The position numbers were made by a program, and so were the translations under genes. DNA of 60,000 bases from the NCBI RefSeq assembly GCF_037042905.1, contig NC_087250.1, positions 18,044,001 through 18,104,000 on the forward strand, given 5' to 3'. Below, in pieces: positions 1 through 15,300 of the stretch. This DNA is from Lytechinus pictus. Taxonomy: Eukaryota. The notes beneath the pieces are model-generated. The model did no database searches. It was not told the DNA's origin and saw only the letters and a list, made by a program, of their open reading frames with translations. Within the stretch, counting starts at the first letter, position 1. Every line of letters starts with the position of its first letter.

Positions 1-313
1 TACAGTTTGTTCAGAAAATACTATCGAACCATCGTCGCAGAAGCTTTATCACCATCATAATAATAATTTTATGAACGTCATAATGCATGATAATTGCATA
101 TAAAGCGATCATTTCAGCTGCAGTACACATTTCTACATAGCTTGTCTCTACAACATCACGAAGCGTATATCGAATATCAATATTATATTTACAAGTAATT
201 TTGAATACGCAGCTGTATTTTATTTTGATTGTCGATCGACTGTAAATTTCCCTTTTTCCCCAAATATTAGATATACCTAGTGGGTACATTTTATGAAAAC
301 AAGGATAACCATA

Positions 314-552
314 CACTGTAAAAACTGTGGTGTTAAAACTGACACCAATTGGTGTTAATAGAGGACCACACCTTGAGGTGTTAAAATAACACCCTAGAGA
401 TTGAACATAACACCAAAGTGTGTAAATGTAACAACCATAGGTGTTGTAATAACACCTATATATGTAAAACTAACACCACCAATTTAACACCGGTGTAAAA
501 TAACCGGTGTGGTCCTATATGTAGACCGGTTAACACCACAGTTTTTGCTGTG
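314..552. mobile_element. MITE with CACTG-type TIRs and TA TSD (CACTA/EnSpm-like)
   Basis: cactgtaaaaactgtggtgttaa ... ttaacaccacagtttttgctgtg; internal aacacc/ggtgtt motifs. Confidence 0.75.
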
Positions 553-2836
553 TAGAACACATTACGGTATACTTTTTTAATATAAGGTATGAATAGTAGA
601 GAGCATACAAATTGCGTGTGACATCCTTTGTTTTGGAAATCCCCTCATTGTTTCTTTTGTCAGCTATTCTTGTTCATACTCTAAAAACATTGTGTGTCTC
701 GTGTGGATGGTACAGAGTAAAGACGTGTTCAAGTTGATGTATATTTCTATAAAATATTTTCATCACGTTCAAAATTTGTTTTATTGTTTGTCTTGTTGAT
801 ATAAAATGACTCAGCAAGTGTGGAATTACCTGAAAATGGAAGGGAATAATCTTTGCTTATATCTTTCTGATATGCTACCACTTAAGTCGTAAGAATATTC
901 TATTTTACATTGAAAACATGAATAACCAAGAGTGTGTGATAACTATTTACAAAAGCAGCGTCGAAATATTTACAAAGAAACGATATAATCCTTTTTTTAA
1001 GATTTGTATGCTCGCTTATAATGTTAGTCACATAGTAAAACGTTTAGCAAAAACTTTTACACGTTAGATGGCCTTCAAATCTAAATTGAATGGAATGATA
1101 ACTGAAATTGTAGTTATGTGAATAAATCAGGTGATATGAATATAAAATCACTGAACATAAATGGTCAACCGCGGGTTCCTTTCATTAGTGCTGATAAAAT
1201 AAACAACTTAAAACTTGAAATTCAAACTGAGAAAATCGGAGTTGGTTGTAACATAGGTCGATCGACATTTAATATCTCAGTAAAGGCTAATAAGGATTAC
1301 ACAAAACCGGATATATAAACAATAAAATGAAACAAACGAAACTATAAACACCGAAAAATTATATTCCAACAAATCTGGAAATAACGCAGATATCAAATTA
1401 GTAAATCTGCCTTTTATATGATTATATTTCTATCTTATATGATATGGTGTATAATCAACCAGAAAATAACCATTTTCCCTACGAGATTTCACGCAGTATG
1501 TTAGATATGCAAGTATACACGTCATTTACAAGAAAATAATTATTCTTTAAATCATTTTACACAAAGCTCCTATACTCTGTGTGCTTAATTTTTATATATT
1601 ACATTGCAGAATTCAAGAAAATAACGAAACCACGAAAGAGTCAGAATTTTATTAAATATCACTACTGTTGTACACACTCGCGGACACAAACGAAAAAAAA
1701 AGTTTTCATATAATGCATTCTTGCAGGACTTCAGGGCCTACATTATAACTTATGACAAATGACTTAAGACAAAACATTTTAAATAATGCAACATTAATGG
1801 TATTTATAAAGTCTAGAAAGTGGTAAGTCAGATTCTGGGATACTACTGCTAAACAACTTTCTTAGATTTAGAAAGAGTTTCCTGAATTACGAGCTCTGTA
1901 TCTACTTTAGATGTAATACATTACGACTAGTAAGGAGTTGGCTATACTATTGCAGACACTTCAAGATAAATAGCTGCATGTATAAACAGGTGGCATTCAA
2001 ACTTCCATACATACATTCTCAAAATATTGGTCAATGTATAATACTCATATGGTATACAATTACTTTCATTTTCTGTCATTTCAAATTCAGATGTTAATTT
2101 ATTTGTTTACTTTATTATTTTATTGTCTTACGTCGTAACCAGTATTACAAGTTGTACAAACCACCGATTTTCTTTATTACTGTTCTAATTATTCTTTTCA
2201 TGTTATATGCATTGTTAAGCTACATGTATGCTTGGCCCCCTCTGATAAGCCCTCTGCTTTTCAAGGGGCTCACATGTTATGGATAAATGCCTCATTAAAT
2301 TGTAAACCCTATATATAAGTATATATACATATACATGAAGATGGAGTAAATTAAATGAATGAATGTTGTAATTCTAACATTGTATTGTATGTACATATAA
2401 TTCTCTGCATAATATGTGTTTTCCCATTTGGAGATTATGTCTGTCGAAGATATCAATTTTGGCACAGAAAATACTATTCAACATCATATTAGATATAATT
2501 TATAATTTCAGCTACAAAATAATTCATTTACAACCTTTGCCAATCACAAGCGAACGAATAAATGAAGCTACTTGTCGCTGTAAGTATAGAATATGTCATG
2601 AACATCGACGTATCACCATCATGGACCCTCTCCGTACACCTACATGGTATTATCTATCATGTGGTATTTAAAATATGGACTTCCTTTCAATCCAAAAATA
2701 ACATATTTCTAAATACTTGGTGTCCATTTAATATGAATAAACTGAATTACCTTCTAGTTACTACACTTACTTCAGAAGAATTGGAAGGGTCGAAGAAAAT
2801 TATTTGAGCCGGTGAGGATCAACTATACTTTAAGGG

Positions 2837-3050
2837 GGTGACACGACATATGCTCCTGCGACAATTGCTCCGGTCTTAATATCTCAGAAGGCATAGGATT
2901 AGAGTTAGGATTATGATAGAGTTTTTGGTTCAGAATATTGCAATGATTACGATTAGGGTTTATTTAGTCTTAGAGGTTAGGTTTTATGTTTCGCTTAATG
3001 TGTAGATTTTCCATCGGAGCAATTGCCGCCGGAGCAAATGTTATGGAACC
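2837..3050. mobile_element. MULE-like MITE with 9-bp TSD ctttaaggg
   Basis: Imperfect ~36-bp TIR with GG...CC ends; TSD at 2828-2836 and 3051-3059. Confidence 0.78.
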
Positions 3051-3059
3051 CTTTAAGGG

Positions 3060-3351
3060 TCATGAAATAATGATTTCAGCTTCATTTCTTAACCCAACGG
3101 CCTCTAAAGCAAGTTGAAATTTCTGAACCTGTTCACTAGGTCGGACACGATTTCTCCAGTCTTGAAGCATCTCTTTAAGACCAGATTTTGAAACACTGCT
3201 AGCTGATGAATCTGCCCTGACAAGGTACTTCTCCACCTGTGAGTGGGAGAAACTGAGCTTGTAGCCAAGCTCACGAGCATCCTTTGCTTCATAGACTAAA
3301 TCAGTCAACAGCTCTATCATGTCGTTCGAAACGAACTTCATTCGGCCTCTT
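3060..3351 (-). CDS. Last coding exon: C-terminal death domain 5
   Basis: ARELGYKLSFSHSQVEKY...KEMLQDWRNR...LEAVGLRNEAE then TGA; ttttag acceptor. Confidence 0.85.
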
Positions 3352-6300
3352 CTAAAATAAGAAATGGAAAGAGAGAGAAACAATACTGTTATAGGTTAAA
3401 CTAAATGGAACACATCAACTGATTTCATTAAAGCAACAACATCGTTAAATTCCACGGAAATTTTCACATATCACGAAAATAATGATTTACCGTGTGATTA
3501 AAAAAAAAACTTGACGCCTCAAAATCCCTAATTAATGGAGGAAATATTTCTTGCCTGAAAGAGTGTGTTCTCCCAAAATAATGATACTATAATTATATTG
3601 TATGTCTTCTCGCTTGGATAATCAATGGCTATATTAGTTGCAATGATATAAACTAATTTGCGCCAAAGTAAGGCATGACTGCTATTAATGGATCCAGATG
3701 CCGGTGATGTCAGAATCCTACATGAGTTAGTAAATATATCGGCTAATCCCTTTTCATTGAAATTAACTTGGGAATTGATGCTATAAGGTATTTATTTAAA
3801 GATCCAGACCGGACCAGAAAATGAAATTGATAAATTATATACCAATCGAAAGTTTATAAGCTACTAAATACAGCAAGGTATGCTTTATGCATTCTCACCA
3901 TTTCCCAGCTGAGTATTTTGCTTAAGAATATTCCAATTATCGGGCTTCGAACCCCGCTTAGAAAATAGGCTTTATTGTGCTTTTCACCTGCCTCGAGACC
4001 GTGACGTCACGTTGTGTAAGAAGCGTCGTGATTCCATAGGTTTGTACACAGAAAAACTGGGTGATTTTTTTGCTTTCCAGATAACGCATTTCATTCTCTT
4101 CACTTCTATCACAGAGGGATATCACATATATTTTTACCCACAAGCTTGAATTTATGAAATCTACAGTTTTGAACTATTTTTTGCCATATTTTATTTCCTG
4201 CTTATTTGTGGCAGATTTCAATTCTATCTGTATTTAGAATATGTATAACAACTTTTCCTGACATAGCAATTTAGGCCCAATAAGAGCCAAACAAAGAAAT
4301 AAAAAAAAGGTAGTGAATAGTTGTAGGTTTACAACAATTGAATAGTGAATAATTTTGAGTGCCATTTTCATTTGAAAACGAAAAAAAATGGATTCATAAC
4401 ATGGAAATGGAAGAAAATACCCAATGCTTTTGTACACAAACCTATGGAATCACAACCCTCCCGACACAACGTGACGTCATCATTTCCAGGCGACGTGGGG
4501 GTGCTCAATCGAAGCGTACTTTGGAGGAGCAGTTTCTTTGATTTTTATTTAATATTTTTAACTATTGGAAGGAGATATATGTAATATTTTTGGTATATTT
4601 ATATTGTATGAATCATTACCTTTATTTTGATATATGATTGTTTTTACACCGGTCAGGGTCTTTAACAATTATAATGTTAATTACTATTTAAAAAAATGTG
4701 TGTTGAAATGTATATTAATGCAACCATTGTAGGATTATGACATCACTGGCGTATACATGTAGAGTCATTCAATGCAGTCATACATTACTTTGACGCAAGT
4801 CAATACCTTCTGGTCGTCTAAGCTTTAACTTATAACACACAAATATGGTATCAAATTATTTTGAAGAACTATGGAGAAAGGCCATATATAATAATTTCGT
4901 GATAATGACATACATGTATTTCTTCCTTCAATAAGGGATTTGTGAGATGTCAGGTTTTTTAATTTTACTCACACGGTAGAAGGTAAACATTTTTTTTTAC
5001 ATATATATATAAAAAGATCACACATTATGCAAATGTAAAAAGAGAGCACGCCAACAATCGACAACACATATAAGCACGTGATAAGGGTTCCTGTTGTATG
5101 GTTTGGGAAGACAAAGTCATTTTGGACAAAGTTATTTGTCAAAGGAAATGCCCGGATGGTTACTTAATTGCATTTGTATAAACTCATTCTTGTCATCACA
5201 ACTGGAATGTGTTTTTGATCTGCTTCGTTACATGCATGTCTAAAGCCTAACCAAACATTTTGGAAACTGCACATACGACTCGGGGCTTTAAAAAAGAATA
5301 ATAAAATCAGGGAAGCAAATTGCATGGCATCTGCTTATAATTCTTATCAGTAACTTACGCATTTTCTTCCTAAACCGTTTTCCACAGACGTTTCATCCCT
5401 CATTTAATTGCATGCATAATAATTTACATAGAATGCAATTTTATTGATTGTTTTTAAAGTCATGATAGTTAGAGGATTCATTAGTCCACTATTTATATAC
5501 ATTATATCATTTTATTTTGCGATTTTTATTTTGTTTTAAATTCATCGCATTTTTCCGGATAACCTCAATTATGCAGAAAGAACGACATTTCCTTACCTTT
5601 GATTTTTTTCGTAGTCAGGTTCCACTGTTTAAAGAACAAACAACAAAAGCAACCAAATAGAAATAAACTGTTATAGTTCATGTACTACAGGATTAAAAAA
5701 AAAAGAATTATGACGTTTTTTTTATGAAATGATTCACCAGATGATGTCATATTATTTAACAGTTTTTGTTTGACGTGATATCGGGCAATTTTTTTTAAAC
5801 AAGTGCACACCAAGTTACCGATATTGCACATAGCATTTCTATTTATTTGAAAGAAGGATAAAAGAGCATTGTACATTAAATTCCTTGCTCATGGGCATAG
5901 GTGCCGCGGCCGGGGATCGAACCCCGGACTTTTTATGTATAGCCAGGCGCCTTAGTCCACTCGGCCACGGAAAATGGAATGTAAATCGATACGATTGTTT
6001 GAGTGATTCTGTTTTCAAAGTACAATTGATGGAATTTCTTTCTACTGAATATACATTTATTCATTTTTGACTGGGTGTGTTTTATGTCACCCGTCTTTAT
6101 CAAGGTAAGATGATCTTTCACTTTTCACATACCTTCTCTAGAGATATTAATTTCTTGTTCTGCTATTAATGACGTGCCCTGCTCAATGCAAACACGAACA
6201 CTCTTGTTATCACTAGAGGGCGGTAGATTGACGTGTATAGTATTACAACCTCCGGATAGTAGGGAACGCGGATGAACCTTTAAAAGGAAACAATTGAATC

Positions 6301-9300
6301 TGAGTCATGAATATTCATGAATAGGTTTAGGATAAAACATATAATTTTGATAAAACAACATTCATCATCAAATTTGTTTCGATACAACAAGTTCCAATTG
6401 CCATTCCGGAACATTTTCGGTGAGTGGCGATTTTTTTTTCTTGTTTACTTTCTTTTGTTTAAAGAATGAAACAAGTTTGTCAATGTATGATATTTAAGGA
6501 CAGACAATTCTTGGGTAGATAGATAATCCATTCCACTGTCATGACTGTACTAAAAAGAATCTGACTTTGGTAATTTTCTTATTTGCCACATGAAATCGGA
6601 GAGGAATGACATAAAAAAAAGAAAAAGATATTCAGATGCTTACAGTTTCTCGGGTATTCTCCGAGCCAGAAAGACATGACAGTTTGATGTCATCTTCAGC
6701 AGATTCTAGACGCAATTTGATTACAGTTGTTACTTTGTAGATATGTTCCGATAAGCTGTAATTCTGTCTTACACCCTAGAAAGAAACGTTGTTATAATCT
6801 AAATATCATGTGAATCACTGTTTGGATAAAATGAATGCATTTTCTTTCTCAAGTAAGACGCATACATTGCAGGATGAATCAATATACAGTGCGTATTAAT
6901 AAAACAGTTTACACTTTGAAAAAGTCCAGGGAATAAAAAAAAAATACAATATTGGGATATTTTTTGTCTCACCTGCATAGCAGAGTGAGACTATAGGCGC
7001 TACTTTTTCGACGACGGCGGCGGCGTCAAAAATCAAGTTAGGTTTTTGAAATGACAGCATAACTTAGAAAGTATATGGACCTAGTTCATGAAACCTAAAC
7101 ATACATGTAGGGTTGATCCTTAACATTCTGCCTGAGTTTCAGATAACATGACCAAGGTCAAAGGTCATTTAGGGTCAATGAACCTAGACCATGTTGGGGG
7201 AATCAACATCAAAATCTTAACTAAGGTTAAGTTTTTGAAATTTTGTCATAACTTCGAAAGTATATAAACCTAGTTCATGAAATGTAGCCATAAAAGTAAT
7301 CAAGTATTACCAAACACCCTGCCTGAGTTTTAAGTCACATGACCAAGTTCAAAGGTCAATTAGGGTCAATTAACTTTGACCAGGTTGGGGGTATTTGTTG
7401 AATTACTATCATAACTTTGAAAGTTTAGGAATCTGATTTATATAACTTAGACATAAGACTAATCAAGTATCACTGAAGATCCTGTGCGAGTTTCAGGTCA
7501 CATAATCAAGGTCAAAAGTCATTTAAGGTCAATGAAATTTTGCCAAGTTGGGGGTATTTGCTGAATTACCATCATAACTTCAAAAGTTTATGGATCTGAT
7601 TCATAAAACTGTAAGTGTATTGGTCTAGTTTATAAAACTTGGACATTAGAGTAATCAAGTATCACTTAGCATCTCATGCGAGTTGCAGGTCATATGACTA
7701 AAGTCAAAGGTCATTTAGGTCAATGAACTTTGGTAATTTCGGAGGTAATTATTAGATTGCTGTCATAACTTTCAAAGTCTATAGATACAGTTTATAAAAT
7801 GGGGATAGAGGGGCAATCAAGTATCTCTGACGACAAGTCTTGGGTCGCATGATCAAAGTAAAATGTCATTTATTTTCAATGAACATAGTATTGCATCATT
7901 ATATGAATTGTGTTTTTTGTGAATAATTATGTTATAGTAGTTTACGCAGTAAGCACTGCTGCTATATTGAATCGCGTGATGCAGGTGAGACTGTCAGAGT
8001 CGCTCCACTTGTTATCATATATATTCTTGGGTTTGGGTCTCATTTATCAAATGAAAGTAAACATTTTGGCAGAATGTTACACTTGAGTGAGCACTGTCCA
8101 TTTTTGTAAAGCTCGCAGGAATCAGTTTGTGCAGAAATGCTAATTTTCACGTTGTGTCAAGGAAAAAAAGCTAAAAGAAACTGACCATGCGGTACATTTT
8201 TGCATTTTAGCAAATCTCACATTTAAACATTCTTAGCAACTTTGCCAACCAAAATAATATTTTTTTTCATAGGTAAGAACAATCTTTCCCTTTTTTGCTA
8301 GCTGGATCTGAGGATATAACTGAATGGAAACAAAAAATATATATATATATTTCAGATATCTCCATCATTATTTTACTAAGTTTTTATCATTTAAAGTGGG
8401 ACAGCATTTCATATTTCATTTAATACTTGTTTCTCCACACTTTTCCCGAGATTGACAATGATTAACAAAACGAAAATCAAGCCTAAGCCATTTCAGGTGA
8501 ATCACAGCTCCCTGTATCAAAAGCAGATATCACCATGATGGCTTCGGTGTGTGGCGAGGAGAGGGGAGCACAATTGCGCTATATGAAGTGTTTTGGGCAA
8601 CGAAACAAGTTAAAGGTAAAATATCTTTAAATTAATCTTCCTAGCTAAAGTCCATGTGTTTTTCATGACTAACGTCTACTTTTCTTCACATCAATTTTTC
8701 CAAGCTCTACACATATCATTTATACAAACTTATAAAAAGTAAGTGGTGCTCGCTCAAGCGATGTTTAAATGTGGAAAGAGCCTCAGGATATAACATATGA
8801 TTTTACAGGATTATGTTTAAGTGCGAACTTTTTTTGTATACACACTATGCAAATACACCCACAATAGTTTTCTCTTTTCCCCCTTTTTTTTTTATATGTT
8901 TACATGTTCAGGTTATCCTATGAAGTAATACATTTTCATGCATCGAACGGAACTCTTGACAATCAACCTAGCACCTGTACATACTGTAGAGTCATTGTTG
9001 TAAGGATGTGCGATGCAGATTCGCAGAGTTGGGTGTAAGGAGTTGCTGATGAAAAGAGGCTGTGATACTTCACAGATGAATTGAACTCCATGGATGTCGT
9101 TTGAAGACAAAGCGAAGTATTCAAGATGACGTGTTGAGAAGCTAATCTTGTCTTCTGAGATCTCAAAATCTCTTGTCGATTCAGGAAGCAAAGTCTTGTA
9201 CCCATATTCTCCTAGAATATGCAACAACAGACAAGAAAGTAGTTTGTGTTAGAAACAAGTTACCGAGTTGACAGCACCATAAAGTAATGTAAAAGTTTTA

Positions 9301-12300
9301 TATCTTCCCTATATTATACATTAGGAGTCATGCATTACTTTAACCCTAAATAGACCGGGGGGGGGGGGCTGATTCATCCCTTCTCGACATTTTTGGGGGT
9401 AAATCCGCCGCGATAATTATTTTGGCCGCGTCGCTATCTGGCTTTTTACTTTTTAAGTCTTGCGCAACTTTTGAGACCAAAATTGCGACCCAAGTGGTTG
9501 TGAAATTACGCAATAGTGTTTTAAGTCAAAATTAGAATCAATCAACTTCATCTTGTTTATGGTCAAAATAATGTCCCCGAAAGCAGGGGCGTCGATCCAT
9601 TTTTCAGATTGGGGGGGGGGGGGCAAATCATAAAGTGAATCAACGTTCCATAGGCGCTCGATCACACAAAACAAACAAACCGACACACACATACATAGGC
9701 CTATATATATATATATATATGTGACTCATGAGAAAGAGACACATATCTTACCAACAAATTAATGCGAGCGCGAAGCGCGAGCTGAAATTTTGTAACACAC
9801 TGACCTGAAAACCGGAAAAGGTGACCTGTTTAGGACTGTTGGTAGTTAACTCGTGAGGAGGATACATATCTAACTACACAGATAAAGCGAGTGCCGAGAG
9901 CGAGCTAAATTGTATTTTGACCTGAAAGCTTGATATTCTAAGCATTTTTGGTACCAATGATTAAGATCGGTATCTAAAACAACAATAGATGCGGGCGCGA
10001 AGAGCGAGCCGAAAATTATGATATTTTGATCTGAAAAAAAATTGAGTTAAATGGACGTTGTTAATAAAGAACAAGATATATATCCAGCAGAATATTATTG
10101 CAAATCGAAGCGGAAGTTCTTTTGATGTTTGGAACTGAAAACGGGACATTCTTTTCACCTATTAATCATGAAAAGTATGGGTTCTTACTACCGAAATGAT
10201 GCGAGCGTGAAGCGCGAGCTGAAAATTTTGATATTCCGATCTGAAAAAGCGGACATTTTGAGCACGATTATAAACGAGAGAAAGAACGAGTTTTGTATCT
10301 CAATCTCGCTAGCTGATTTCTGTGTAACATTACAATTTTATTTTATTTTTGCACATGCGGAATTATTGGGGGGGGGGGGGCAAAACGATATGTTCCCCCA
10401 ATATTTTCATTGGTGAGGCGATCGCCCCCCTCCCCCCCCCCCCAGGATCGACGCCTCTGCTCGAAAGTTTTCATTAAAAAAAAACAATTTTAAAAAAGTA
10501 GAAAACAACGATATCCATGAGAAATTTAGAAAGCAATAAAGTACATAAGAAAATAAATGTGATGTTGAATTTTTAAAGTACAGATAAATAGATTTATGGA
10601 TTCCTATAATGAGTCTTCATAGCAAAAATAAGCATTTTATGGACATTATTTAGATTATTTGACCAAACTTTTGTTTTTACGTATAAATTAGTGTAATTCA
10701 TGTGCAGTGAGATTTTTCACAGAATTTAATTTCAGTTTGAAGATTATGCCGTGGGTAAAGCGCGTGGCAATATTATGGTAGCGATTGCACGATCGACGGC
10801 CGAGATCATCTTCTCAGGCGTCGAAATAAATGAAGCCCAGTCTATTTAGGGTTAAGTTATCTATTTCCTCATAACATGAAGCATTACTACCTTTTCTGTT
10901 TTATATCTGGTGTACAGAAAAAGGTGACTGGGTATGACATAAATAAAGTTACATATCAAAACCCCCAAATCAGACAAATGAGCACACAAGAGAACCCATT
11001 TCTATTTGAATATCCTACATTACCTGGTCCTATTTTGCTATAAAGCTTCACACGCATTAAGTCTTTCTTCTTCTGCTGGTATCGATATGGAGCAATGTAG
11101 TGTGGAAGCGCTACAGTGGCAGGTTTGAGAAGATGATGGTTACAGGAACATTGGATGATTGGTGTTAGGAGAATTTCGCCAGAACCCAGGGGGAAGTCAG
11201 ATGTACCCACATTGAGGACAGTGAGAGTGAGAAGTGATTTCATTCCTTTGGGGATCGCTCCTGAAGGAATGGATACCCGGATATCAGGTTCGTCTAAGTT
11301 CAGGTCTCCACCATCATGATCAATGATGCCATGTGTGAAATGATCCAAGAAACCTGGGTGGTTTGGTATTGCTGTTATTGTGAAGTAGAACATGTCGGGT
11401 CAGCAAGCAGATATGCAGATATTGCGGATTTTTCAAGAGCCGATTTTTGAATGTGTTACATTTTGATTAAAACTAAAAATAACGTGATTGAGATAAAATG
11501 AGACATCAATCAATATGCTGTCTCTTAATTGAATTACAATAGTCTTGTAATTACATGTGGCACTTTCCCTAACCGTAAAATGTCCATTCAAGAAATAAAC
11601 ATGGATGAAGACAAATGTTGCATTTGATTTCGACATGTTCGAATTCTATAGTTGAATGCAAAGGTATGAATAACAAACAAAAAATATTGTGCGTCTTTGC
11701 TACAAGAAGTATACTTATGATTTTTAAAATACACTTTTGATTTTGATATTTTCGTCCCATGACTGCTTAAACCTACCTCGGGCTATGTGATCTGCAGCAT
11801 CGTTGAAATTAAAAGCTTGAACCATTTCAAGCAACCTCAGCCTTGTTCCTCCTTGCTTGGCCCATTTCTGAAGCATTTGTAGTACCATCCGACGTATCGA
11901 GGCAGGTTGAAAGGTCAAAGATGAAGCCATCACCTGAAGAATTTCAGAAGCTGGCAGATCCAACCTTTGAGAGAGGTCGATGAGGTCTGGAGTTGTCCGG
12001 ATTTTGGCACAGATTTCACCAATACCTTTTTATAGGGAACATAATGACATTGCAAGTTCATAGTGAATGACGACTCCTGTTTCCATTTTGCCGAAATACA
12101 CAGTTTTACCATTAGATTAAAAAAATATACATTTTGGCTAGTTTTCTATTCCATCAAATTTTCTACAAAACGTGTTAAAAGCAATACCAAAAGCGAGTTT
12201 AATAAAATTCAAGCTGTGATCATACCTGTTTGAGCGTCTTCGATGTTGTATCCTTGAAGAAGCGCAGACACCTTCTCTTCCTTCTCCTGTCTTTCTAGAC

Positions 12301-15300
12301 GTCTACACCATTGATGAAAGAGTCTCCATGCTAGTCTCTCCATTAATGCAGGATCGCGAGGAGCAATGAGAACTATGATGTCATTAACGTCCAAACGAAG
12401 AGCTTTAGCTAGGTCTAAGGCCAACGTGACATTCGCCACCGGACGAACGACGCTACACAGTTCTGAATTACTAGGTGAACCTCCATACCCGTCGATGTCG
12501 CCAATAGTTTCATCTTTGTCTACGATTTAATAGTATATGGAGGTTGAATGCTATTAGAAATGTTAATAAAGATAACCTTGTAAAAGACCTGCTAGTACTT
12601 CAATGGTAAAGCGTGGTCCGATTTTTTCTTTTATACATAGATATTTCCAATCCCTTGGTTTTTATTAAAAAACGCGTCAGAATTACTAGGTGAACCTCCA
12701 TACCCGTCGATGTCGACAATAAATTCATATTTGTCTACGATTTAATAATATATGGTTGGGTGAATGTTAAAGTCCGGTCTGTTAGCGTCAAAAACACCCT
12801 ACTTGTGGACACAGTGGACAAAAGCATGATTTTTTCTCCAGACCTTTGTTTATGTATAAGAATTAAAAATGGGGTATGCTCCAAAAAATCTGGCTGCAGG
12901 AACAGTGAAAAAATGGGTGAAAATGTCAGAATTTATGAGTTTAGATTGGTCTGATATATAGACTAGCGCTAGTGCAAAACTCAATAGCAGTGCATTAGTT
13001 TGCATTGGTTTAGTTCTTGAATTCAGACCCTTTTTGAACAGATATTCTGTTTGCCCTCACATCTCAATGCACTAAATATCTGAATGCAGATGCTAAACAA
13101 GCCGAAGGGTGGTGATGGAGGGGGTTGAATGTTGGTGTGTATGTACATATTTTGGTCTTGGGGTAAAGATGTGCAAGACACATTTTTTTGCATGTGTTGG
13201 AAATTGTGTTGCCATGGTAACAGTGTATTATGGCAAAAATAAGGTACAAATCTTGCAGTTAGAACTACTTCCTCTGTTGTCACCCGATTCTCATGAAATT
13301 TGGCACACACATTGGTCTTGAGGTGAAGATGTCTAAGACACATTTTGTGTGTCTTTCGGAAATTTTGTTGCCATGGTAACGACATAACATTTGGTGAAAA
13401 TTGGGGAAAAAACCTTACAATTCAAACTGCTTCATCAGTTTTAAATCAATTCTCATGAAATTTTGCACACACATTGGTATTAAAGTAAAGATGTACAAGG
13501 CACTTTTTGTGATTGTTTCAGAAATTATGTTGCCATGGTAACAACATATTATATGGCAAAATTTAGGTAAAAACCTTGCAATTTGAACTACTTCATCAGT
13601 TTCAAACCAATTCTCATGCATGATATGGCTCACACATTGGCCTTGAGATAAAGATGTGCAAGAACCTTTTTTTTTTTCATTTGTCAGAGAGTGCATTGCC
13701 TTGATAACCACATATAGCCAGAAATGCAGGGAAAACTCATCAATTGTGGATCAATCTACTTCTCAGTTTTCAGCCTGTGCTCAGAAAAGTTTACACAAAT
13801 ATTCATTTTGGGTAAAGATTCACATTCAGTGTTAAAGGGGAATCCAGCCTTGGTCATAAAATGTTGTGTGGAAAAGGAGAAAAATAAGAATGGTGAAAGT
13901 TTGAAAGCAATCGGACAAGCAAAATAAAGTTATGGCTGCTTTAAAATTAAGATCCCTAAGGCTACTAGTATGTAGATTTCAAATTGATAATGGGTAAGTA
14001 AATTATGACAAGGGGTGAGGCCGCAAGGACAACTTTCCCATTGGCCTTGTACTTTGATTTTTGGTTTTCACCTAAATTTCATTGGGGCCGTAATATAAAC
14101 CTGTTAGTATAATGCTTTATGTCCTCATGAAAGAAAGATACAATTTGAAGTAAAACTTTTGAAAAAGACATTTTAGTCAATTAATTATTTCTGTACATGG
14201 AAGAGTGGTCCTTCCCTTACATCATTATGACATCACATGTGCGGCCAATTTGAAGTCTTCATGGGTATATAGTGATTACCAATGTTTACAACTTTTATAT
14301 ATTCACAACTTTCTTATGGTTTGTCCGATATTGTTCAAACTTTGACCTATTGTCTGATTTTTTCTTTTCCTCATAAAAACAAGTGTTTATCTGGTTTGGA
14401 TTCCCCTTTAACATCATAAAATAGCGCAGGGTATTCATGGTATTAATCACCTTCAATAATATTTATAGGTTCTTTTTTTGGGGGGGGGGGCGGAGGAGGT
14501 CCTTAAAAACTGACAACATAAAAATATAGAAGGTTAAAGGACATGGCCATTAGGAACTTAAACACTTTTAAAGAAAGCGACCCTTCCATTTTTTTTTTTT
14601 TTTTTTTTTTGGTTTGGGGGGGGGGGGGGGCCTTTAGAAAATTGCCACATAAAGAGTAAAATGAAATAATTACAACTAGGAACTGACCCCCCCCCCCCAA
14701 AAAAAAAAAAAAAAAAAAAAGGGGGAAGAAAAATCCTTTACACTTCAGCGTATTAATTTAAAGCCTAAAACATTCTGGTTTGATAAAAGATCATTTCCGG
14801 TGCCCAATTAATCAACGTTTTATTTATCTCCTTCTACTCAGTCTTTGTTCATTTCAGTGTTTACTCTGACTTTCTTACATCACTTTTTGCACTTTTTGCA
14901 CTTTAGAGCTTTACCATACCTTCTTGTTTTGTTTCCTCCCCCCCCCCCTCTTTTTCTCCCTCTCTAAGTACATTTTTTTTTGCTATTTTAATTCATTATT
15001 ATCTAGCAACAATTATTCCATTTTGAATGCTTACACCTACACTGAAATATAATACCATGACATTTATTCTTTTCTTCATAATCTTCTAAACTCTATTTTG
15101 GCTACACTCTGTCCTAAATAATACTATTAGCTATATTTAATGTCTAGTTTAAAGAATTGAAGAAATGGCTGTCATGATATTATATTTCGGTAAAGGTGCA
15201 TCAAATTCATAGTTGCAGCATTCAGAATGGAATAACTGTTGCTTGAAAAAAAATGGATTTAGTTGTTTTCCGAAAATCCTCTGTGAAAATTTTAGTTATA

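Noticed and set aside
11..2807. Short ORFs in the first 2.8 kb
   Set aside because: AT-rich, no motifs or consistent splice structure; probably 3' UTR or intergenic.
5876..5970. tRNA gene (also 28697-28791)
   Set aside because: A and B boxes are present but no intact cloverleaf; it continues into a SINE-like body.
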